From Stramenopiles sp. TOSAG23-2 (lineage: Eukaryota), in the NCBI GenBank assembly GCA_900128395.1, contig LT649326.1:1-37397 (forward strand): 37,397 nt of DNA. The letters run 5' to 3'. This document shows, one piece after another, positions 19,754 to 29,466 of the stretch (positions are counted from its first letter, which is position 1; every line of letters begins with the position of its first letter). The notes beneath the pieces were generated by a model. The model had not been told where the DNA came from. It ran no database searches and saw only the letters and a program-made list of their open reading frames with translations. Both the position numbers and the translations under genes were made by a program.

Positions 19754-20587
19754 CTTAATTAAATAATAATTTTGTTGTTGTTGTTATTTATATATATATG
19801 TGTTGTTGTGTTGTTGATCTATTTCCACATCTATTGTTGTTATTATATATATCTAGTATTATTGTATATCTACTAATATATATTTAAATCTATGTAATCT
19901 TGATGGTAATCCTATGGTAGCTAGAGCTAGCTAGAGCTGGTGGTATTATTGCTAAGAACACCTGATCAAATGCAATTGGTGGTGGGGAGGGATCACCAGT
20001 GCTAATGTCATGGTAATTGATTGTTGATGGTTAGGATTAGGGTTCATACGATATCGGAATACCATTACAACATCGACACAGCACTATATATAGGGCTAGC
20101 TCTAGCTGGCTCAAATATCGTACGAGGATCCAACTCGGCTGGGTGGAAAATAGCATCCATCACTATACTACTGCACTGTATTCGCATGCTAGCTGGCTAG
20201 AGCTAGCTAGCTCTAGCTTAAGCTCCTACTGTATATTGTACTGTAGAAGAGAGAGAGACTGACTGCTGGACTGAATGAAGCAAACAGGCAAACCTTTTTA
20301 CGTTATAATGCAACTGCTATAAACTAAATATATTGTCAAAATCAGAAGTGGGATGGATGCCCAGGATGCAAAATGTTGAGACAGAAGAGGGAGAGACGAC
20401 AACAAAACAACAACTACTAAACTGCCAGGACTATAACAACTATAATAACAAAAAATCTACTATAAAAGAATTCAAAAAATAGAAACAATACAGTAGTGAA
20501 CTATATTATAGAACAATCAATCCAATCAAATCATTTTAATCAAATATAAACCGAAAAAAAATAATCAATATTCAAATATATACAAAT

Positions 20588-22267
20588 ATGAATAACAATC
20601 CAATAATCATCAACAAAATACCATCTACATTATTTCAACAATTATTATCTGCAACATCAACGGTTGAACGTCAAGTAATATTAAAAAAATACAACGAGTT
20701 ATCATTATCAACACCAACAACATTAACAGAAATTACCCAATCAAAATATTTAAAATGGATGGACGATTTCATAGAATCAATGAATTCAGAAAATTTAAAT
20801 AAAATTGAAACATTATTAAAAACATTTAAAGATAATAGCAATGATGATGATAATAATAATAATAATAATACCACGTTGATGAATGCTGAAAATATACCAA
20901 AATATTTAATTGAAACAAAATTATTATCAGAAGAAAATAAAGATAAATTTTATAGTTTACTTGTATCTAGTTTTGAAAGACGTCAACATCAAATCGAATC
21001 ACTTTATATTGAAGTTGAAAATCAATTAAATTTATGGTTATCATTATGTAAAGAAAATGAAACATTATCATTTTTACTAAAAACTGCTTCAAAAAATAGT
21101 ATAAATAAATTGATTCAATTGATACAAGATAAAATTACGTCCTCCAATAATAATAATAATAATAATAATAACGATGATGATGTATTAAACGAAATCAAAG
21201 AAGAGGAAGAGCTGCAACAACAAGATACGGATATTATTATATATGATTTAATTAAAAATCATGGTGAAAAATATCAATTTTTAATTTATCACATCAATAT
21301 ATTAACATCTATATGCAACATGTATGTACAAATTCAAAATTATGATAAATCAATTGTATTGAAAATTAATGATATTTTACAAATATATCAAGACAAATTA
21401 ATTGAGAACCGTATGCTACACATGAATAATCTTGTCATTCAATCGATTTTATCGGAAGAATGGAGTCATTTTAAAGATCCAAGGGATAAATTTAAACGTT
21501 ATTCAAATGGTTTGGCAATGTATATTGTGCATATGTCTACATTATGCAATGAATTGAATGATTTGAAGGTATATTCCAATATTTTTATTCAGATTTTTGA
21601 AGCTACGTTTCATAAATTGACATTATTATATGTTCATTTAGTAAATGTTGTAAATCGTGCACGTGTAGTTCAATATCGTGTAGATATTTTATCCTTAATT
21701 TCAATTGGTTTGCATTTTTTATATAGTGATTATGGTTGCTCAATAACTAATAATATTAATAAAATGTTGAATAAATTAATGATAACATTAACATTATTTG
21801 TTGGTCCCGTTGAACCAATTATACAATATTTAAAATCAAAACCTAATAGTAACGACACAAATGTTACTGATGATAATAATGACATTAGCTTTTTACAACA
21901 AAATGATTTCAATAATATATTTGATATTGAATATATATCGATGGATCAACGATTCCAAAATAGACGAAATAGTAATCCTATTCAACTTGTACAAACAATA
22001 TTTTCCAAAGGTAAAAAAATAAAATTGGAAAATATAATGGAAACAATTGATTTAAATCATTCATTATGGTCAAAAACATTAATAGCTGCTATGGAACATA
22101 CGAGTGATAATTATATTAATCTTAGCAAGGCGGACAGCATCTTAATTGTTTCACGTAGGCATGAATTACAAGATATTGAATATCCACCTATGACAAAAGA
22201 TGATGAAATAGTGAAAAAAAAATTAGAGATGTATTTTAAAAGTATTGGTAATAATCAGACGATCTAA
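20588..22267 (+). CDS. Alpha-helical hypothetical protein, possibly KIAA0825/DUF4495-like
   Basis: 559-aa ORF. The segment QSILSEEWSHFKD...KRYSNGLAMY...LTLLY...RARVVQYRVDILSLI resembles my recollection of the DUF4495 core; the family call is tentative. Confidence 0.7.
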   Translation: MNNNPIIINKIPSTLFQQLLSATSTVERQVILKKYNELSLSTPTTLTEITQSKYLKWMDDFIESMNSENLNKIETLLKTFKDNSNDDDNNNNNNTTLMNAENIPKYLIETKLLSEENKDKFYSLLVSSFERRQHQIESLYIEVENQLNLWLSLCKENETLSFLLKTASKNSINKLIQLIQDKITSSNNNNNNNNNDDDVLNEIKEEEELQQQDTDIIIYDLIKNHGEKYQFLIYHINILTSICNMYVQIQNYDKSIVLKINDILQIYQDKLIENRMLHMNNLVIQSILSEEWSHFKDPRDKFKRYSNGLAMYIVHMSTLCNELNDLKVYSNIFIQIFEATFHKLTLLYVHLVNVVNRARVVQYRVDILSLISIGLHFLYSDYGCSITNNINKMLNKLMITLTLFVGPVEPIIQYLKSKPNSNDTNVTDDNNDISFLQQNDFNNIFDIEYISMDQRFQNRRNSNPIQLVQTIFSKGKKIKLENIMETIDLNHSLWSKTLIAAMEHTSDNYINLSKADSILIVSRRHELQDIEYPPMTKDDEIVKKKLEMYFKSIGNNQTI

Positions 22268-22477
22268 AATAGATACGAACGTATACGTATTATTATAATT
22301 AATTTGGGTGGCTCAGTCACTGTATGTACTCTTTTGAGAGTAGGAATTGTCATGTGAGTAGAAATAAAAAATAAAATTATATAGCGTATATATACACACA
22401 TTTTTTTAAAAAATATTGTACGTATCATACAAAATATACATTCCACACTATGTACACACGCACACATATTTAAATTA

Positions 22478-23011
22478 TTACCCGCCCTCATCATCACTTC
22501 TTGGTTTTTGTGTTAATTTTTCTTTTACATTTTTTTCTTGTTGTTGTTGTATTTTTAATTTTTTTTCTAATTCTTCATCAATAATTTTAAATGTATCTTT
22601 TGCCATAACAAATGCATACGATAACCCAGCACCAATAATAGAGCCCTGTAACGCAACTGCTGGGCCGCCTCTTAATGAAAACAACAAACCAGTTATACCA
22701 CCTGATGTAATTTTATTTACCACATTATCAGGTTTATTATTACGTATATATTCTAATCCAAAATCAAGTGCAAGATAAGTTGTTAAAAATGCAGAGATCT
22801 TAATACCTCCTAAACAACTTTTACTAGCCATACGCATTAACCGTTCATTTCGAATGGCTTTACTATTTGGTGGCTTTTGTATATTCAATTCAGCATTCTC
22901 ACGCAAAGCTGTAAATCCATAAATCATACTACCAAATACCATGCTACCAGCAACAAGTGCTTTCCATTCAGCAATTCTTGAATCTTTCACTTCTTTATCA
23001 AATATTTTCAT
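22478..23011 (-). CDS. Tim17/Tim22/Tim23-family membrane protein
   Basis: Four hydrophobic segments; LEYIRNNKPDNVVNKITSGGITGLLFSLRGG fits the R...D..N...[AS]G..TG family pattern. Confidence 0.75.
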   Translation of the reverse strand: MKIFDKEVKDSRIAEWKALVAGSMVFGSMIYGFTALRENAELNIQKPPNSKAIRNERLMRMASKSCLGGIKISAFLTTYLALDFGLEYIRNNKPDNVVNKITSGGITGLLFSLRGGPAVALQGSIIGAGLSYAFVMAKDTFKIIDEELEKKLKIQQQQEKNVKEKLTQKPRSDDEGG

Positions 23012-23351
23012 TTTATAACAAAAAACGTTTTATTATAATATCACCCGTATCGTATATGATAGCCTTATTAAATTAAAGGGTTACAACGCCAATATCATAA
23101 GTAGATCCCTATCTATGTACAGTATATGTTGATATAGATAAAATGAATATTTGGAGATGTATTTGGAGGTTGGCCTGTGGTTGATAATCAAAGTTGAGTT
23201 GATTATGTCGAAGAATGTTGATTTGTCGATTAGAATCTAATAAATGTTCGATTTATGTTTAGTGTTGCCAGTTTACCTTAAAATAATTCCAAAAATGTAT
23301 ATATAACAAAAGTATACACTGTGAAGCGGGTTCCTCTGATCAACGGAGTTC

Positions 23352-23789
23352 ATGATGAACCAATATGATGGAGCATCAGCAACATCTATTCTAACAACAC
23401 CATTTAAAGAATCCATGTAGTTTCTACTTTCTATATCATTATGATGGTATGATATAATTATCGAAAAATGTAAATAATTTTTTTATTGTTTTTACTTCAA
23501 TGAACCAAGTGTAACATCATTTATAATACAGACTATATATATTGGATTGTATGGCATATCATCAATATTGCAAGTGTTTCAAGCTCAAGTAGATGGTTCA
23601 TTGAGTACATCTGCGCAATGGATTCTTTTAGCAGGATCTTTTGCTGGCGTAATATTTTTTATCATGACAAAAAATTTTATGTTACTTTTACCACCATTAA
23701 TGAATATACTGTATTGTTTTTTATTACTTTGGGGAATATATTGTAATGAGAATGAAAATATTCAATGTTTGTTGCCTAATTTTTTTTAA
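23352..23789 (+). pseudogene. Possible decayed gene for a small membrane protein
   Basis: One frame from ATG 23352 reads protein-like through stops at 23418, 23442 and 23475 into the hydrophobic 80-aa ORF (WILLAGSFAGVIFFIM...LYCFLLLWGIY). Confidence 0.3.
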
Positions 23790-24091
23790 CCTAATAAAAG
23801 TGGAAATTTTTATTTATTTTATTTTTTTGACGAAACAGAATTCAAAAGAGATAAAATGGAATATTTATGACATTGTATTTTTTATTATATGATATATTCA
23901 TCTAAAAGTTTATTTTAAAAAGTGGAAATTTATTACTTTTATATCTGAAAATATATTTTATTCTATGTAAAGATTATGACATATTTAGTACGAATGAGTA
24001 TGCTAAGTATAATATTTGTTAAACAAACGTCATTTTCCTATATGTGCAAAATAATCGGTAAAAAAATAGCAGGTAAATATGCCCAAAATAA

Positions 24092-24265
24092 AATGCCACA
24101 CCAAGTGTAATTTTTGATAACACTGTGTACATGCTAAAATAAAAATCAATCAAAAAACTCGACTGGAAACCCCATTTCCAAGGTCTGTAAAAAAAAGTTT
24201 GAAAAAAAAAAATAGACTTGTGCCAAAACACGACTGGAAACCCCATTCCCAGTCGTGTTTTGAAG

Positions 24266-24307
<42 letters not shown>

Positions 24308-24403
24308 CTAGACTGGAAACCATGTTTACAGTCGTATTTTTCATCCTTAAATATTATTTAGGCTTACACATCATCTTTTAATTATTACACTTGGTGTGGC
24401 ATT
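24092..24403. mobile_element. 312-bp segment bounded by perfect 20-bp inverted repeats (MITE/HINE-like non-autonomous element candidate)
   Basis: AATGCCACACCAAGTGTAAT (24092-24111) and ATTACACTTGGTGTGGCATT (24384-24403). No target-site duplication is evident. Confidence 0.5.
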
Positions 24404-24562
24404 CGGTTTTTTCATTTTTTTAGCATAATCATACCATGAAAAATCCAGAATCAAGTTTTAGATACTATTTTTATGCTAATATAATTTTAAGTATTTTTTG
24501 ATGGATTTTCACCAATTTTCAAGCAAAACTCGACTGGAAACCCCATTCCCAGTCGAGTTTTG
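24154..24562. repeat. Four copies of a GACTGGAAACC hairpin motif
   Basis: Copies at about 24154 (partial), 24224-24262 (14-bp perfect stem), about 24300-24340 (bulged stem) and 24524-24562 (14-bp perfect stem). Confidence 0.9.
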
Positions 24563-24683
24563 TTCTACTCTGATTTATTTAGTAAGACATTATCATTGAC
24601 AGCAATTAAAAAAAGTGTGACATTTAAAGAAAAAAATAAGCATAAAATGTCATACTCTTTTCCTTCTTTATTTACTTTTTTAA

Positions 24684-24908
24684 ATTATCCTTAAGAGGAT
24701 CAAAGATTTGTATGAATATGCTGAGAAAAAATTAAACAGTTCTGAAAAAAAAGAAATAGATAGGCTGAAACTACATTTGCAAGATTCATTAAAAGGATTA
24801 CAATCTTTACAAAAGACATATGAAGACGATGTCACATTGAAAGCAAGAATAGATTGTCTCATAGACTATGTAAACACTCTTTTAGAAACAGAGAGTATTA
24901 ATAAATAA
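24684..24908 (+). pseudogene. 5'-truncated gene fragment resembling the C-terminal half of a conserved giant-virus (Nucleocytoviricota) hypothetical protein
   Basis: The frame has no ATG. LKLHLQDSLKGLQSLQKTYEDDVTLKARIDCLID matches, from memory, the L.GL..L..TY..D......ID.+I pattern of a Mimiviridae/Phycodnaviridae family. Confidence 0.5.
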
Positions 24909-24954
24909 AAAAACCAAAATATTAAATAAAAAATATTATATAATTTTTTTTTGT

Positions 24955-25125
24955 CTGATCCCCCCACCAAATTTTCAACCATGGATGAAGGATCAAAATT
25001 TAAAAACAAGCAGCAATCGAAATAGCAACAAAGCATCAAATCTTATTGTAGCAAAAAAGAAAAAGTCCAGTGGATGGGGTGCGTTAAAATCGTTATTTAG
25101 AAATAATAAAAAAAAGAAGAAATAA
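24955..25125 (+). pseudogene. Orphan 3' coding end of a host-like gene
   Basis: The frame reads LIPPPNFQPWMKDQNLKTSSNRNSNKASNLIVAKKKKSSGWGALKSLFRNNKKKKK* and is followed by a CpG-rich spacer like the other convergent 3' regions. Confidence 0.4.
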
Positions 25126-25586
25126 AAAAGAATATTAGGAAACTCGCAGTCATATTTCATACAAATGTAATGCATACGCGTATTTTTATATATATATTAT
25201 ATTGAGGAACAAGGGAGAGCGAAGAGCGAGGGAAAAGGACTCAGGGGGTGAGTTTAAGAGTGTTAATATTGTGACACAATTTAAAAAATATTATTTAAAC
25301 ACACCTCAGAGTTTTAATTGAGAGTATTTTTTTTTTGGAGAGTGGAGAGTCGTATTCAGTAATAAAGAATTTTATCAAATGAGTTACCGATTCGCGTATT
25401 TAAAAAATTTAAAATAAAGGCGCGCAAGAAAAAATATTTTTTGTGATTTCCAGTTATAAAAAATAAAATATTTTACACGAAAGCACTAAAAATATGATAT
25501 CATACGAACGCGAATTATATAATATTATATATCACCGCCGCGCGCGTGTATTTTTACTTTTCATCCCTCTCTCTTTCCCCCTTTGT

Positions 25587-27506
25587 TCATAAATGCAATG
25601 GGCTCAATGGGCGATTATCTCCTCGTACATCATTATCATTAAAAATAGCAGTATTTAATGGAGATGTAATCGTATGTTTATGTGCTTGTAATTTTGCAGA
25701 TTCGCATATAATACCAATTTCATCATCTAAATTACGTGGATTCGATGAATATAAGTTATATCGTCTAATGTGATTCAAAACTGTTGCTGGAACTAATCCT
25801 TCCAACGATCTCGGTACAAATCCATCAATATCCGCTGTTACTGCTAATCGCCTTCTAACTTCTGAACTGCTATTATTAGATAAAATAATGTTACCACCAG
25901 GTAATGGACTGTCAATCATCGCTATGTTTGGTTCATTTTTCCATTTATCACTTACTGGATATTCAGGTCGTTCTATGATTAAAAAATTTTCTTTTAAATA
26001 CCAATCTTTATCATCCATCCCTGTAGCCCAATTATGGAAATCATTTAATAGATCCGAACCGCCAATAAATGAAAAATCGATTTCTGGATATCGTACATGT
26101 AATAATTTCAACAACGCAGGTGTTGTCTTTGCTTCATCTTCAAAAATTTCAATTGGGCTTACTTTAATTGGGAAATTCGATGAAAAAGTTGTATGTATTG
26201 CAAGATGGCACATAATATATCTATCAATAGGAGATGTTTTCAAATCTGGTAAATCTTTACGTGGTCCACAAGGTACTAGCCATACTTCATCAACTGCATT
26301 TGCATGTAAACATTCTGCAGCCATTTTACAATGACCATCTGTAATTGGATTAAAAACACCACCAAAAATACCAACTCGTCTCCTATTTACACTATCATCA
26401 CTTCGATGAATCGTAATATTTAATGCTCTTGTACCAACACGTATTTTTCCATCCATTGATACAGAACGCAACAATGATACATTTTTATTTTTATTCTTAA
26501 TACCATCTTTATTACCATCAGCATCGTCAGTCTTATTATTGTTATTATAGTCATTATCATTATTATTAGACAATGCACTTTTTTTCTCCGGAGTGCCAAC
26601 AATGTCACTTAATAATGTATATTTTGCTATATGTTGATTCACAGATAATGGTAATAAACCTTCAACTTTACGTGCAGTTTGTCCTAATACAGTTTCCAAA
26701 TTACCATTCATGCTTGTTACACGACGTCTGATTTCAGAACTAGATAAATTACTACTTATAATCTTTCCAGCTTTTGCAACTGGTTTCAATATTTTCACCG
26801 TACCTCGTTGTGCCCATTCATGTGGTATAGTATATCCAGGCCTTGAAATAACAATAAATTCTCGTTTCCAATACCATTGATAATCTTTTACTGGATCACC
26901 TCCAGTCCAACCAGGTATGCCTTCCAATAAATCACTACCAACTACGAAACAAATTTCATATTCCGGATATCGCCTATCTAACTCTGGCAAAAGTTCAACG
27001 GTAGGTGCGGCAGCTGGTCTACCAAGCTCAACGCCACTGACTTTGACAGGAAATGTGCTACTAAATGTCGTATTTACTGCTAAATGACACATTAAAAAAC
27101 GATCCAATGCTGATGTTTTTAATGAAGGTTTATCTGGACGACTACCACACGGTGTTATCCAAACTTCATCTGCTACACTTGCATGTATAACTTCCGCTGC
27201 CATTTTTAAATGTCCATCTGTTATTGGGTTAAAACTGCCTCCTAAAATTGCAACACGTCTTTTTCTTCCACCATTTGTCTTTATCATAGAGCTATTGTTT
27301 TTTATATTATTATTATTGTGGTTTGTATTATTATTTGTATTATTATTATTGTTATTATTAACAATAGACGAAGAACTTTGCATTAATGCATTTAATATAT
27401 TATTTTTCACTTCATTATAATCATCTTCTTGAATTAATTTCTCATCTAACATGGAACGTGCAGCTCTTAATTTTTGTATTAATTTTTCTTCCTCCATGGC
27501 TGACAT
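25587..27506 (-). CDS. SHOCT-like N-terminus plus two tandem nicotinate/nicotinamide-nucleotide adenylyltransferase (NadD/NMNAT) domains
   Basis: GGSFNPITDGH and GGVFNPITDGH (T/HxGH), two GSDLL...W and two SSSE[IV]RRR motifs. N-terminal KLRAARSMLDEKLIQEDDYNEVKNNIL is SHOCT-like. Confidence 0.88.
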   Translation of the reverse strand: MSAMEEEKLIQKLRAARSMLDEKLIQEDDYNEVKNNILNALMQSSSSIVNNNNNNNTNNNTNHNNNNIKNNSSMIKTNGGRKRRVAILGGSFNPITDGHLKMAAEVIHASVADEVWITPCGSRPDKPSLKTSALDRFLMCHLAVNTTFSSTFPVKVSGVELGRPAAAPTVELLPELDRRYPEYEICFVVGSDLLEGIPGWTGGDPVKDYQWYWKREFIVISRPGYTIPHEWAQRGTVKILKPVAKAGKIISSNLSSSEIRRRVTSMNGNLETVLGQTARKVEGLLPLSVNQHIAKYTLLSDIVGTPEKKSALSNNNDNDYNNNNKTDDADGNKDGIKNKNKNVSLLRSVSMDGKIRVGTRALNITIHRSDDSVNRRRVGIFGGVFNPITDGHCKMAAECLHANAVDEVWLVPCGPRKDLPDLKTSPIDRYIMCHLAIHTTFSSNFPIKVSPIEIFEDEAKTTPALLKLLHVRYPEIDFSFIGGSDLLNDFHNWATGMDDKDWYLKENFLIIERPEYPVSDKWKNEPNIAMIDSPLPGGNIILSNNSSSEVRRRLAVTADIDGFVPRSLEGLVPATVLNHIRRYNLYSSNPRNLDDEIGIICESAKLQAHKHTITSPLNTAIFNDNDVRGDNRPLSPLHL

Positions 27507-28144
27507 GTTATTCTTCTCTATTATTATTTTTCAGCCGATGTAAATATGTATATTGTATATAATTATGTTCAATATATAGTTTCTTTCTTTGCATAGACGA
27601 CTAAGTATGTATTTTTTAATTTTTATTCTTGCTCTTCTTTATTCAAGAAAAAGTTCGGAAGAAGAGAAGAGGAGTTGCATCGGAGGAGGAGGAGGAGCTC
27701 TGGAGCTCCAGACCACCTGCTCACATCATTTTTCCATTGGTTTCAATAGTTCCGATCATCAGCACTGAAATACCATTATATCCTTATTGGAGATGATATT
27801 TAAAATTATAATCCAAAAATAATGAATAATAATGAATAATACTATAAAGAAGACAACAACAACACAGCACCAAAAAATATTAAGTATTTTTTATATATTT
27901 ATATGTATTATACAGTATAGTTGTTGGTGGTGAGTAAATACATGTATATGTAGATATCCATACAGAGGTAAAATATTGAAATAGAACCAAATACATATAG
28001 AAAATTGTGAATATCTTCATTGCTTCATTTCTTTCATTCATTTGTGAAATATAGAAAGTGTGCGTGTGTGTTTGTGTATATATTATATTTTATATTATAC
28101 AACATTATTACATAAATATAAAATATAATAGTATATTCAAAAAG

Positions 28145-29098
28145 ATGGATTTAACAACAGGTAAAGGTGATCCAGAAGGTATGGTCTTTTCAGTGGAGAT
28201 TGAAAAATTATATAAAGGTGATACATTAACTGAAGAAACGTTGAAATCAATATGCGCATCATGCCGTGAAATATTAACCGAGGAGAAAAATGTTGTTGAA
28301 GTTGCTTGCCCAGTAACTATTGTTGGTGATATACATGGACAGTTTTTTGATTTGTTAGAACTTTTCCGTATTGGTGGTAAAATGCCGGAAACAAATTATT
28401 TGTTTCTCGGCGATTATGTAGACCGTGGATATTATTCATTACGTTGTATAGCATTACTAGCATGTTTGAAAGTGCGCCACAAAGAGAGGATTCATATGTT
28501 GCGAGGTAACCATGAAAGTCGTCAAATTACACAAGTCTACGGGTTTTATGACGAGTGTATGCGTACATATGGCAACGCTAATGTATGGCAATATTTCACG
28601 GACTTGTTTGATTGTCTACCAATAGCAGCAAGTGTTCAATCGTCATATAATTTATTTTGCCCACATGGTGGCCTATCGCCATCTCTTGATACACTTGATC
28701 ATATACAAAATTTACAACGAAAAATGGAAGTACCACATGAAGGGCCATTGTGTGATTTGGTTTGGTCAGATCCAGATGATCGTTGTGGATGGGGTATCTC
28801 TCCAAGAGGGGCAGGATATACATTTGGTGAAGATTGTTCACAACAATTTAATCATATAAATAAATTTTCAAAAATTGTAAGAGCGCATCAATTAGTTATG
28901 AATGGATATCAAAACACACATAACGATCAAGTAGTGACACTATTTAGTGCACCAAATTATTGTTATCGTTGTGGAAATAAAGCTGCAATTATGGAGATTG
29001 ATGAGACTGGAAAACAGGATCTTATATCATTTAATCCAGCACCACGAGATGAAACTACAAAACCAACAGAGAAAAGAATTCCAGATTATTTTATGTAA
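28145..29098 (+). CDS. Ser/Thr protein phosphatase catalytic subunit, PP2A type
   Basis: [31 protein letters not shown] and [12 protein letters not shown]-terminus RIPDYFM. The first ATG is at 28145. Confidence 0.95.
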   Translation: MDLTTGKGDPEGMVFSVEIEKLYKGDTLTEETLKSICASCREILTEEKNVVEVACPVTIVGDIHGQFFDLLELFRIGGKMPETNYLFLGDYVDRGYYSLRCIALLACLKVRHKERIHMLRGNHESRQITQVYGFYDECMRTYGNANVWQYFTDLFDCLPIAASVQSSYNLFCPHGGLSPSLDTLDHIQNLQRKMEVPHEGPLCDLVWSDPDDRCGWGISPRGAGYTFGEDCSQQFNHINKFSKIVRAHQLVMNGYQNTHNDQVVTLFSAPNYCYRCGNKAAIMEIDETGKQDLISFNPAPRDETTKPTEKRIPDYFM

Positions 29099-29466
29099 AA
29101 AACAAATTGTTTCTATCTTTGCTCTCTTTCTCTCTAAACAACACCAAAAAAAAAGGTGTGTGTGTGTGCGCGCGTGTGTGTATGAATATTGTGCGTGCGT
29201 GTGTATTGAACAGGACGTGATTTCGTGTTAGTGTATTTATTTATCTAGTTTAATATTACAATTTTTTTTTCTGTTAAGAGAAAGGTGTGTGTAGTGAGTG
29301 TGTGTGTATTGGAAAATATATTTCGTATTTAAAAAATTTACGTATTTAGATAGATCTATTTTTTAAATTAATTTTAATAAATATAAAATATTAACGTATA
29401 TTATTATTTTTCAAGTAAAAAACCAAACAGCACTGTATTATACGCTTCGTACACACACCTCTCAAA

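Noticed and set aside
23143-23480. In-frame stops as evidence of stop-codon reassignment or selenocysteine
   Set aside because: All three stop types interrupt the frame, and intact genes in the window terminate normally at TAA, TGA or TAG.
24154-24562. Palindromic repeats as a possible CRISPR array
   Set aside because: Spacing is irregular, the intervening sequence is low-complexity poly-A, copies are degenerate, there are no cas genes and the context is eukaryotic.
28058-28144. GTG-initiated extension of the phosphatase ORF
   Set aside because: It comes from TG/AT repeats; the eukaryotic start is the ATG at 28145.
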